Positions 29,328 to 39,105 of a stretch of DNA of 64,000 nucleotides are shown here, piece after piece. Where the stretch lies: the IMG/VR virus record IMGVR_UViG_3300025401_000012; one strand, given 5' to 3'. Positions within the stretch are counted from its first letter, which is position 1, and every line of letters starts with the position of its first letter. The translations under genes were made by a program, and so were the position numbers. The notes beneath the pieces were generated by a model. The model searched no databases, was not told the origin of the DNA, and saw nothing but the letters and a program-made list of their open reading frames with translations. The stretch is from a virus. Its lineage: Duplodnaviria; Caudoviricetes.

Positions 29328-29657
29328 TTAGTGTCCGCCTAATAACCAACCGTATGCTGAGCTATAAATTAGTGTTACAGCACAATAGTTAATGTTTAAT
29401 GTTAAACTGGTATTAGCATTAGCAATGTTAGCTGCACCGTTCTGTGCTATTGTAACGTTAGATGCAGCAAATGCACCTGTAGCATCAATAATTTGCACAG
29501 TATCTCCGTCTAATGCTGCTGCTGTAGGAGGTAAAGTTAAAGTCATACCGCCTGCAGTACAAATTACACGATCATTTGTTAGCATAGTGTAGTTAGTACC
29601 AGCGTTATAACGTATTACCGATTGTGCTGTTCCTGTTGTTGTGATATATCGTCCCAT
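29328..29657 (-). CDS. Small fibre connector-like structural protein
   Basis: TLTLPP.....GDTVQIIDA.G.F...NVTI..NG......L.LN.....VTLIY.....GW motif typical of T4-like fibre/baseplate linker domains; GATAAATA at 29678-29685. Confidence 0.6.
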   Translation of the reverse strand: MGRYITTTGTAQSVIRYNAGTNYTMLTNDRVICTAGGMTLTLPPTAAALDGDTVQIIDATGAFAASNVTIAQNGAANIANANTSLTLNINYCAVTLIYSSAYGWLLGGH

Positions 29658-29692
29658 GTTGAATTCCTCTAGTAATTTATTTATCTTAATAG

Positions 29693-30019
29693 TTACGTTG
29701 TTGAAGTCTCAATTCCGTAGGCTACAAAACTAACTCCAACTGCACTAGATCTAACTAGGATGGAATTACCTGGATTTATAACCAATCCTGTACGTTCTAA
29801 TACCCCGTGTGATAGAATTTCTGTTTCATATTCGATAAATTCGTTATTTCCAATCGTTGTGGTAGAAGTACTAATTCCTATACGAACTGATATTGCATTG
29901 TTACTTCTGTTGCACACTGATACTGTAGCCATTGTAAAAAACCCAGCTGGTGCTGTATACAATAATGTATCTGTTGCAGCTGCTGGAATGTCTAATACTC
30001 CAAATCGTCCTGTTGCCAT
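29693..30019 (-). CDS. Small beta-sandwich fibre-associated protein, tandem paralog of 30038
   Basis: MATGR.G..DI.....DTLLYT.P.G.F....V...NR....VR.G...EFIEYE..ILS.HGVLERTG.V...G.S...RSS..GV..VAYGIET.T. Confidence 0.65.
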   Translation of the reverse strand: MATGRFGVLDIPAAATDTLLYTAPAGFFTMATVSVCNRSNNAISVRIGISTSTTTIGNNEFIEYETEILSHGVLERTGLVINPGNSILVRSSAVGVSFVAYGIETSTT

Positions 30020-30037
30020 GTTTAAATCTCCGTTATT

Positions 30038-30364
30038 TTATGATGTTGCTGTTTCTATGCCATATGCCACAGCATTAACACCAAGTAGGCTACTTCTAAA
30101 TAGCACAGATTGGCCAGCTTGTAGGACAATACCAGTTCTTTCTAGCACACCATGCGCTGACAATATAACTTCATATTCAATAAATTCGGCTGCAGCAATT
30201 GAACTAGTTGCGGCACATGCTCCTAGACGTACTGTACACTCTGTATTTGTTCTGTTAACTAATGTTACAGATACTACTGCAAAATTGCCTGGCGGGCAAG
30301 TATACAATAACGTATCTACGTTGATTGTTCCAATATCTACCGCCCCTAATCGTCCTGTTGCCAT
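30038..30364 (-). CDS. Small beta-sandwich fibre-associated protein, tandem paralog of 29693
   Basis: Same 108-aa length and motif pattern as 29693-30019. Confidence 0.65.
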   Translation of the reverse strand: MATGRLGAVDIGTINVDTLLYTCPPGNFAVVSVTLVNRTNTECTVRLGACAATSSIAAAEFIEYEVILSAHGVLERTGIVLQAGQSVLFRSSLLGVNAVAYGIETATS

Positions 30365-30376
30365 TTTAAATCCTCG

Positions 30377-33300
30377 TTAATTTAGTAAGAAGTTTACAGC
30401 TAATGGGCTTCCATCTACCCCTGCTATAAAATACATCTTGTTTGCCACTTTAATCTGCACTTGGGTAGTAGTACTAATACTATTTCCTGCTATGTAAATT
30501 GAGCCAGCCGTTAGTGTATTTACATTCAATGAACTACCACCGCCACCAATTTGGCTACTAATATAAGATTTAATAGCTTTTTGTGTTGGTAAAATATTGT
30601 CACTATTTGCTGTAAAATACGGATCTGTTGAAAAACTAGTAATTGTAGCACTGTTATTGCCTAAACTTACTGATCCAATAGTTAAACTATTCAAACCAGC
30701 TACGTTGAACGCACTAGCATTTAGAGTAGCAGTACCAGTTGCTTGCTGTACGCTGAATAAATTACCAACGTTAAAATTGCCGTCTTGGTCTGTACTTGTA
30801 AAGAATACACGACCACCATTATTGCTAACTGTTTGATAGTTACCGTTAGCCACTAATAACGGAGTTCCTGGATAGTTGGTATTAGTAAAATTACCAGTAC
30901 CAATACTTAAAAAGTCATGTCCTGTCAAACGCACTTGACTATACTTAATTCTTAATGTAATTGCTGTGCCATTGGCTGGTGCATTAGTTGTAGTTAAACT
31001 TGGATTAATTTGGAATTGTGCGGTATACGGATATAATCCGCCACCAGTTCCAATTAAGTTAGTTACTTGCACCAGTTTGTAAATAGTACTATTTCCATTA
31101 AAAATTATATTTGATCCTGCTACCGGTGTTGTATATATTCCAGCTACGTTAATGTAAGTACCTGGTTGATATATATCTGCAATTCCGTTAGTTACTACAG
31201 TTGCACTGGCTGTAGCGTATGCTAAACCTCTATTAGTAAATGTTGGATTTGCAATAGCGCCTGTTCCAGTTCTAACACTCCAGGTTGCACTAGTTGTTTG
31301 ATTTGGATCAATAATTGTTACAGCAGGTGTGCTTGCATATCCACTACCTGGTTCAATCATCTTAAATGATGTCACTGCTCCACCGGCAACTGTCACACGA
31401 GCTTGTGCTGTACAACCTGTTGTAATTAAATTATATCCTGTTGTACCGTATGTCAGTACTACCCAATATGGAACACTGTTTGGATTTCCAAATGCTACAA
31501 CGCCTGCAGATGCTGTAGTACTTAATGTTCTTGAAGTCCAGTAAATACCGTCTTCACTAGTAGCACAAGTAGTTGAGCCAGCATCGGTATTGGTTGCCAT
31601 GAACAATCCTTGCGCATATCTTACCTTATTCCATGTTTGGGTGCTCGGTAATCCAAGACCGGCATACCATGTAATACCATCAAAACTATAAGCTGTAGCA
31701 CTTGTATTAGCCGCAATTGCAACAAATTTATTCTTACCAAATGCTACACTAGTCCAGTTTTGACTGCTTGGCAATCCGTTGCTAGCTAACCAACCAACTG
31801 TTGGATTTGTACTGTAAGCAGATGTAGTTCCGCCTGATGCTATAGCTACCCAGGTAGCACCACCAAATGCAATACTTGTCCAGTTGGCTGTTTGTGGCAA
31901 TGCTGCTCCAGTTGTCCAGCTAGATCCGCCATTTGTACTAATAATTACGCTAGATCCGCCGTATTGAATAGCTATAAACTGGCTAGATCCGCCATATGCT
32001 ATGGCACTCCAGTTAGTAGTTAAGCCTAACGTGCCCGATGCGGTCCAAGTAACACCGCCATTTGTACTAATAGCTCCTGTGTTTGAACCGTTAGCAACTG
32101 CAACCCATGTACCAACTGATCCATTTGCACCGTATGCAACAGCTGACCAAGTTGAACTTGCTGGCAATGCGCCACCTGCGTTCCATCCAGAACCAGTGGT
32201 GCTATACATTGTTGATGTTCCAGCATTAGCAATAGCAACAAAGTTACCGCCTGCACCTTGTCCACTGTAGGTAAAGTTATTGATGATTCCACCAACAGTA
32301 TTAGTTACTGTGATTGTAATATTATTAGTCGGTGTGGTTCCGCCTAAATTTGCACCTGCAATAGTTAAAGTATTACCAATTGCGTAACCAATACCGCCGG
32401 TTGCTAATGTTACTGAATATGCAATACCAGTTCTAGTGATATTAAATTGTGCACCGGTTCCTGAGCCGCCTGTAACACCAATACTTGAATATGTTCCGTT
32501 AATATCTCCGTATGCGCAATCTATCCATGTTCCAGATGTCTGAGTACCCAATACACTAGTGAATCCTGGACTTGTAAATGTAACTCTTGGCTCGATAATA
32601 TAATTTGTAGTAACATCCAAATTAGCCAACAATGGCCATCCTGTAACTACATGATCCCATCCTGCTGGATACCATGTAATCGATTGACTTGTTGTAGTTG
32701 TTACAGCTAGTCCAGCTGTAGCATTCGAAGATGAAGCTGCACTAAACACGGAATTAGTAAACGTAGTCATACCAACTGCTGTTGTTGCAGTTGTTGTAAC
32801 ACCAACAGCATAGTATAGTGTGGCTGTATTTAAATTAGTTCCTGTAGTAGCACTTAGATAAAATGGCATACCATTATACATGCCTGCTGTGCTAGAAACT
32901 GTTATAGTATTTTGTGTACCCGTAATAGTAGCACTCGCTCTTGTTTGATTTGCGCTTACAATATAGTTTGCTGTAGCTGTAGGTGTTCCTGTAGCAGCTT
33001 GATTCAAACTATAAGTTCCTAATCCGCCTGGAATATAAAAACTAGTTGTACCAGATACGGCACCAACTAATGGCTGACTTAGTGTAACTGTTAATGCATT
33101 AAAATTAATAGCTGTTACAAATGTGTTAGCTGGAAGTCCAGATATTGGAGTAATAAACATTGCAGGAGCAATTGTTCCAATAGATCCAACAGTAAATGAA
33201 CTCAATGTAAGTGTACTTTGCCCACTTGTGCCTGTTATTGTACAAGTTGCTTGCGCGGTAGATCCTGTAGCATTAATTTGTCCAGTAATATAAGTGTAAT

Positions 33301-36300
33301 TAGTTACGCTACCACCACTTAGTAATCCACCTGTCATAAGATTACTTGCACTTACTGTTGCTGACAACAATGTGCTTGAAATATTAGTTACAGTACCTGC
33401 TGTAGGTGTTGTACCGCCTGTTACAGTATATGTAATACTAGTTTGGCTAACAATGCTTGTAACAACTACACTAGTTGGGCTACCACCATAAAGAGTACCT
33501 GTACCAGATGTTGCTGTTAAAGGCATACCAACAACGCAACTGCTAGTTGAGCTCATACCTGTAATAGTTGCTGTCCAAGGACCTGCACCAGTAATAGAAC
33601 CGATTGTACCTGTTGTACTTACTACGCTACTTGCCAAACTTGATGTGCCAATTGCACCAGTTGAAGTTGCAGAAATGTATGTACCAGCTGTAATTGTACC
33701 TGAGCTAGTTAAGAACATGCCAGGAGCAAATGCAGAACCAGTAACTGCGCTAATTGGAACAAACACAGCAGGTATATTTGTAATTCCAACAGCTATAATT
33801 ACACCAGTTGCACTAGATGTTGCTGTAGTTGTTGCTGAAATAGGCAATGTAGGAATAGTTTCTTTTGCAATTTGAGCAATTTTACTACCGTTATTATAGT
33901 TAGTGATATAACCAGTTTGTCCGCCGCCGGTACCGCCGATTAATACAATTCTTTCACCTACATATACTCCACTAATGTTTGTGTCAGTTGCAGCAATCGT
34001 AATTTGATATAATGTACCAGCTTGGCCTACGTTACTGATAATAACATAGTTTGCACCGCCAGTTAGATAACGTGTTTCAAATACCGCATTATCACGGAAT
34101 TCATTACCAACTGTTGCCACATTATAACCGCCACTACTTGCAATATTAAATGTTGCTGTATTTGCTGTCTGTCCAGCATTAGTAAATTCTAATCTCCAAA
34201 CTCTATTTACTGCATCGGTTAATACGTTTGCAATAATTGGATATGTATAACGATTGTTAACGGTTGCTGTTACAGGGGTTTCTGTTAGATCGTATCCTTC
34301 TGCAACAACTCCATAACTACCATATGAGCTGTTACCGTTAGTAGCACGAATTTTTGCACCAGCTTCTGCAAGATAACCAATTTGGTTATAGTACGAGAAC
34401 ACAGACACACACTCTGTTAACGCATTAGTTCCATATGCCCACACTCCGATACCGTCACTTAGAACTTGGGTAAAATCATTACAAACTATACTTCTATTAC
34501 CGCCATTGTGTAATGTTCCATCAATTTTTAATCCAACACACCCGGTTCCGAATGTTGTCACGTTTTGTACGTAAGGAGATTTTCTAAAAATCCAAACGCT
34601 TGTATCTTGGGGGCCAACTCCTGGATCTAAACTAGTATAAGCGCCGGCTGTTGGTCGACTTGTACCATAGTTGCTACTATAAGTTGTTCCGCTTAAACTA
34701 GCACCAGTAAATGCAATATAAGTACCAGCTATAGCATTATTATAAGTTGTAGATAACGTTAATGTTGTTGTAGTTAATACACTACCAATATAATAAGTTC
34801 CAGCTGTAAGTCCGCCACCGCCTGTTCCTGCTACAATAAATTGATTTCCGGTTGCCATACCTGTAGTACTTCCTACAGTTATAGTTCCGCCTGTATTTGT
34901 TGTACCATATGTGGCCACTGTAGTAGCAGTAATTGATCCAGTACTAATTGCTACTGGAGTACCAACACTTCCAGTCAATCCGTATAACGTCATATTTCTA
35001 ACACCAGAACCATTTCTGCAATAGAACATGTTTCCAGTTAAATATCCTGCTGTTAAACTTGTACTTGAAATACTCAAAGAACTAGCAGCACTTAATAATG
35101 CATCTGATCCAGTATTATAAATTGTATAAGTTCCAGCTTTACCTGCATAAAAGAAATATGCAGTAGTAGTATTTCCAGTGAAACTTGTAGTTAGTTCGTT
35201 ACTTAATGTAACAGTAGTACCATTGACAGCTGTAACAAATGTATTAGTAGGTATTCCTGAAATAGTTGCACCATTACCAGATACAAACATACCAACTACA
35301 ACAGATGCATTAGCTGAACTTAATGTAATATTGTACGATCCGCTAGTACCATTGAATGTTTGGCTTGTTGCTGATGATCCTGATGCTCCTGTTAATTGAG
35401 CTGTAATTTGTACAGGGCTTAATATAGCAGAGTTTCCAGTCAAATACATTCCTACAATGATGTTACCAGTTGCTGTAAATGTAGTACTTGTGGGATTACT
35501 ACTTGTTAATGTTATATATGTACCAGCTAGCGCATTTGTATAACTAGTTGCTAGTGTTAATGTTGTAGCCGATAATACTTGTCCAACAAAATATGTTCCT
35601 GCACTAATACCGCCACCGCCTGCGCCAGTAATAACAAATTGATGTCCAGTTAATAGCCCAGTGGTATTTGCTACTGTAAGATAACCGCCTGTTCCTGTTG
35701 ATCCATAAGTGCTAATACTAGTACTTGTAATACTAATATTAGATAAAATATTGGTCATAGCCGACACTGTTAATGTTCCAGCGGAAGTCGAACCAGTAAA
35801 TGGTGCTGTAGTTGAAAGTGGTTGAACAATTACGCCACGCAATTCGTCTCCAACTAATGCTACGTTTTCTGGAACACTAATTGGTAGTACTTCATTGTAA
35901 GTTCCGTTCTTAATAAAGATAGTACTAGTAACTCCGGCATTTGCAGAAGGAATGCTTGCTGTACTTACATTAGTTAGTGCTGTTGTTATAATACTGATTA
36001 AACTAGTAATATTTGCACTTGCTCCAGCTTCTGCAACGTAATTAGTATCAATAGTTTGATTAATTACAGAACCTGCAATAGATCCACCGCTTGAATATGT
36101 TGCTGTAGTTAAACTTGCAACAGTCACACTAGAAGTTGACAAACTAATAACTTTGAATGATCCGTTGAAACCGCTTGGAGATACTCCGCTAATTGTAATA
36201 GTTTCGCCGATTACAAATGGACTATTAGTTTGAGTTGCAAATGTAAATGTAACTAATCCGTTCAATCCAGATGCACCTGTGATAGTCAAAGATGTAACAG

Positions 36301-39058
36301 CTCCGCTACCTCCAGTTGTGTTTTGATAGATAGTACCAGGTGCTGTATTTGCAATAACATTAGTAGTTAACAAGTTTGATAATTTGTTTAGAGCAGCAAT
36401 ATAAAATGCTGCTTGTGAAGCTACGTTAGTTGTAATAAATGTCGACGTAGATCCTTGTTGAAAAAATGCCAATGCAGCTGCTACAGTTTGACTGTTGCCG
36501 CCTCTTACTAAATCGTAGATTACAGCGTCAACAATATATCCTGCATCTCGTTGTGTTTTATACTGATCATAACTTGATGAAGGGCTGAATGGAGATATGC
36601 TGTTTGTTTTTTCATAAATCATCCAGTTATACATTTCGGCTATAGCCCAATTTTTATTTTGAGTTAACAAATAGCTAGTGTTAGGATAGTAAGTTCCATT
36701 TAACACTTGTTGACACGCATATTTTATAGTTTTCCAAGGACGATCTAATGTTTGACCGTAATTAGGTGCAGGGCTATCTACACCATTAGTGTTACTAACA
36801 TAGTACACATCACTAATTAAACCAAAATATCCCCAAGATGGAAGACCTCCGGCGCTTACTTTTAAGACTTGCCCAACTGAACCAATTCCTAAACGGGTAG
36901 CACCTGTTGGACCATAGTATGCAATATCTCCCGAAGTAGTTAAAATACTTGTACTTGCACCCGCGGCAATTAAATTCCAATAAGTTCCTGTTAAATCATT
37001 TGGTGGACTGTTTAAAGAAGATGCAGTATGTGCTAAAATACAAACATAACTATTTGGTCCATAAACTGTAATATCACCTGCAACATATGCTGTACTAGTT
37101 ATCCAAGTAGATGAGTATCCAATGAATGAATATGTTGTAATTGCACCGCCAGTAACCGTACCAACTGTAATTGTAATATCATTAAATGGTGATATACCTC
37201 CTACAGATGTTCCTAATATTTTAATAATATCGCCTGCGGTATAGTTAGTACCGTTAGCTGTTTTGTTTAAACTGTATACAGTTCCAGTTGATGTTACTGT
37301 AAACTGTGCGCCTGCTGCTGATCCGTTTGTTACTGTAACATTAGTTGTACTAAGACCTGTATAAGTTGCACCTGGAGCATTGAATCTAACCCCAGTATTT
37401 AAACGACTCCAATATGTTGTATTAGGCGGTTGATTGCCCGAGCTTGGAGTGTGATCTAAAATACATACATATGTATATGCACCGTTACGGACAACATTAC
37501 CTACTCGATATCCAGTCTGGCCTGTTTGTAATCCTGTTGGACTAGTGGTCCAATCGCCTAACAATGTCCAACCGGTAGTGTACAAGAACCAATTATTTGC
37601 TGCCACAGTTCCAAACCCGGTAGCTGCAGACAGCGGGCCATTAGGAATAGTATAAGATACTTGTGTTGTAGTAGGAGTACCAGTTACAACCCATGTTCCG
37701 TTATAGCTAGATGGAACCACGTTAGCTACTGTAATTGTTTGGTTAGCCGTAAACGGAACTGAACCTTGTGTGGCATAAGTTAAAGTTACTGTGTTACCAA
37801 CTGTGCTTGCAGCCGTGATAGTAATTGTATTAGGTGAACTTACATCAGTAGTTGGAACTACTCCTGAATTTTGACTTGCTGCAATATAACTAAAACCGCC
37901 GTAGGTAACCAAATCGCCATTTTGGTATGTTGTGCTACTATTCCAGGTATTGAAATAAGTTAATCCTTCTACAAATTTACTCCAATTAGTTTCGACAAAT
38001 GTGCTATAACTAGTATGTGGAGTTGTACAAATATAAGTATCCGCACCATAAAGTACTATATCGTTAGCTTTATATCTAACACTACTTGAGCTCCATAAAC
38101 CTAAGTAGTTAAAACCTTTGTGTAAATAATCCCAATAACTTTGATTTGCTTCTAGACCGCTAGTGGCTGAGCTAGCACTAGTATGTGCGGTGTTACATAC
38201 GTATAAATATCCGCCGTATCTTACTACATCATTGACTCGATATGCAGTCGAAGTTAACCAATCTACAGTCCAAGTAAACCCATCAGCAAAAACAGTCCAC
38301 TTACTTTGATCGTTTTCTAAACCTTTAGTACCGTTTGCTGATATTGTTCCTGTTGTTCCTGTATAACTTCCACCCAAAGCATACGTTACGTAAGTAGTTG
38401 TACAAGCTAGTACAGTAAATGTTCCATTAAATTGAGTTGTTGAAAAATTACTAACTGTAAGAGTAGTTCCTGCTGAATACGGCGCAATAGATTGTGTTGA
38501 TGCAAATGTTAATGTAGCAGTCCCGCCTGTTGCTGTTGCAGACGATACAGAAAGTGTCGTAGTTGACGCACTACTTTGATGTCCTGTATTACATATATAA
38601 GTTTCGCCGCCATATTTTACTACATCGTTTGCTTTATATCTATAAAGACTTGCCCAATTACCTAACCAGTTGAAACTAGTAGCATATACGGTCCAGTTAG
38701 ATAAATTTGCTTCGAGACCGGCACTAGTATCTGGACTTTGTCCAGAATTCGCAGAATTGCTACTTGTATGTGCAGTGTTACAAATATATACAATTCCACC
38801 ATATTTTACAATATCGTTTACATTGTAGTATGTATTAATAGTCCAGTTACCAGTCCAAGTTGAACCATCTGAAACCTGATTCCACTTAGTAGGTATTGCT
38901 GATAAATCAGTAACAAAATTAGCCGATGCCGTATGAGCAATAGTGCAAACATAGGTTTTACCACTATTTCTTACTATGTCGTCTTTTACATAAGATGTTC
39001 CTGTAGTCCATGTGCCTTGCCATACGAAGCGCAATCTACCAAGTTTAAATTCTGCCAT
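30377..39058 (-). CDS. Giant tail-fibre/appendage protein (2893 aa): CBM5/12-like repeats, beta-helix-like core, propeller-like repeats
   Basis: 8 W-x6-Y-x3-D-x-V-x-Y-x-G-x2-Y-x-C-x3-H repeats; VPENVALVGDELRG and KSPYVQNVTTFG core; W.A(V/I)A(Y/F)G...(F/W)VA repeats; SQVRLTGHDFLSIGTG C-terminal domain; CATAAATA at 39079-39086. Confidence 0.75.
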   Translation of the reverse strand: MAEFKLGRLRFVWQGTWTTGTSYVKDDIVRNSGKTYVCTIAHTASANFVTDLSAIPTKWNQVSDGSTWTGNWTINTYYNVNDIVKYGGIVYICNTAHTSSNSANSGQSPDTSAGLEANLSNWTVYATSFNWLGNWASLYRYKANDVVKYGGETYICNTGHQSSASTTTLSVSSATATGGTATLTFASTQSIAPYSAGTTLTVSNFSTTQFNGTFTVLACTTTYVTYALGGSYTGTTGTISANGTKGLENDQSKWTVFADGFTWTVDWLTSTAYRVNDVVRYGGYLYVCNTAHTSASSATSGLEANQSYWDYLHKGFNYLGLWSSSSVRYKANDIVLYGADTYICTTPHTSYSTFVETNWSKFVEGLTYFNTWNSSTTYQNGDLVTYGGFSYIAASQNSGVVPTTDVSSPNTITITAASTVGNTVTLTYATQGSVPFTANQTITVANVVPSSYNGTWVVTGTPTTTQVSYTIPNGPLSAATGFGTVAANNWFLYTTGWTLLGDWTTSPTGLQTGQTGYRVGNVVRNGAYTYVCILDHTPSSGNQPPNTTYWSRLNTGVRFNAPGATYTGLSTTNVTVTNGSAAGAQFTVTSTGTVYSLNKTANGTNYTAGDIIKILGTSVGGISPFNDITITVGTVTGGAITTYSFIGYSSTWITSTAYVAGDITVYGPNSYVCILAHTASSLNSPPNDLTGTYWNLIAAGASTSILTTSGDIAYYGPTGATRLGIGSVGQVLKVSAGGLPSWGYFGLISDVYYVSNTNGVDSPAPNYGQTLDRPWKTIKYACQQVLNGTYYPNTSYLLTQNKNWAIAEMYNWMIYEKTNSISPFSPSSSYDQYKTQRDAGYIVDAVIYDLVRGGNSQTVAAALAFFQQGSTSTFITTNVASQAAFYIAALNKLSNLLTTNVIANTAPGTIYQNTTGGSGAVTSLTITGASGLNGLVTFTFATQTNSPFVIGETITISGVSPSGFNGSFKVISLSTSSVTVASLTTATYSSGGSIAGSVINQTIDTNYVAEAGASANITSLISIITTALTNVSTASIPSANAGVTSTIFIKNGTYNEVLPISVPENVALVGDELRGVIVQPLSTTAPFTGSTSAGTLTVSAMTNILSNISITSTSISTYGSTGTGGYLTVANTTGLLTGHQFVITGAGGGGISAGTYFVGQVLSATTLTLATSYTNALAGTYITLTSSNPTSTTFTATGNIIVGMYLTGNSAILSPVQITAQLTGASGSSATSQTFNGTSGSYNITLSSANASVVVGMFVSGNGATISGIPTNTFVTAVNGTTVTLSNELTTSFTGNTTTAYFFYAGKAGTYTIYNTGSDALLSAASSLSISSTSLTAGYLTGNMFYCRNGSGVRNMTLYGLTGSVGTPVAISTGSITATTVATYGTTNTGGTITVGSTTGMATGNQFIVAGTGGGGLTAGTYYIGSVLTTTTLTLSTTYNNAIAGTYIAFTGASLSGTTYSSNYGTSRPTAGAYTSLDPGVGPQDTSVWIFRKSPYVQNVTTFGTGCVGLKIDGTLHNGGNRSIVCNDFTQVLSDGIGVWAYGTNALTECVSVFSYYNQIGYLAEAGAKIRATNGNSSYGSYGVVAEGYDLTETPVTATVNNRYTYPIIANVLTDAVNRVWRLEFTNAGQTANTATFNIASSGGYNVATVGNEFRDNAVFETRYLTGGANYVIISNVGQAGTLYQITIAATDTNISGVYVGERIVLIGGTGGGQTGYITNYNNGSKIAQIAKETIPTLPISATTTATSSATGVIIAVGITNIPAVFVPISAVTGSAFAPGMFLTSSGTITAGTYISATSTGAIGTSSLASSVVSTTGTIGSITGAGPWTATITGMSSTSSCVVGMPLTATSGTGTLYGGSPTSVVVTSIVSQTSITYTVTGGTTPTAGTVTNISSTLLSATVSASNLMTGGLLSGGSVTNYTYITGQINATGSTAQATCTITGTSGQSTLTLSSFTVGSIGTIAPAMFITPISGLPANTFVTAINFNALTVTLSQPLVGAVSGTTSFYIPGGLGTYSLNQAATGTPTATANYIVSANQTRASATITGTQNTITVSSTAGMYNGMPFYLSATTGTNLNTATLYYAVGVTTTATTAVGMTTFTNSVFSAASSSNATAGLAVTTTTSQSITWYPAGWDHVVTGWPLLANLDVTTNYIIEPRVTFTSPGFTSVLGTQTSGTWIDCAYGDINGTYSSIGVTGGSGTGAQFNITRTGIAYSVTLATGGIGYAIGNTLTIAGANLGGTTPTNNITITVTNTVGGIINNFTYSGQGAGGNFVAIANAGTSTMYSTTGSGWNAGGALPASSTWSAVAYGANGSVGTWVAVANGSNTGAISTNGGVTWTASGTLGLTTNWSAIAYGGSSQFIAIQYGGSSVIISTNGGSSWTTGAALPQTANWTSIAFGGATWVAIASGGTTSAYSTNPTVGWLASNGLPSSQNWTSVAFGKNKFVAIAANTSATAYSFDGITWYAGLGLPSTQTWNKVRYAQGLFMATNTDAGSTTCATSEDGIYWTSRTLSTTASAGVVAFGNPNSVPYWVVLTYGTTGYNLITTGCTAQARVTVAGGAVTSFKMIEPGSGYASTPAVTIIDPNQTTSATWSVRTGTGAIANPTFTNRGLAYATASATVVTNGIADIYQPGTYINVAGIYTTPVAGSNIIFNGNSTIYKLVQVTNLIGTGGGLYPYTAQFQINPSLTTTNAPANGTAITLRIKYSQVRLTGHDFLSIGTGNFTNTNYPGTPLLVANGNYQTVSNNGGRVFFTSTDQDGNFNVGNLFSVQQATGTATLNASAFNVAGLNSLTIGSVSLGNNSATITSFSTDPYFTANSDNILPTQKAIKSYISSQIGGGGSSLNVNTLTAGSIYIAGNSISTTTQVQIKVANKMYFIAGVDGSPLAVNFLLN

Positions 39059-39105
39059 TTTATTTCATTCCTCTGATGTATTTATGTGAAATGTAAATCA
39101 TGTTT

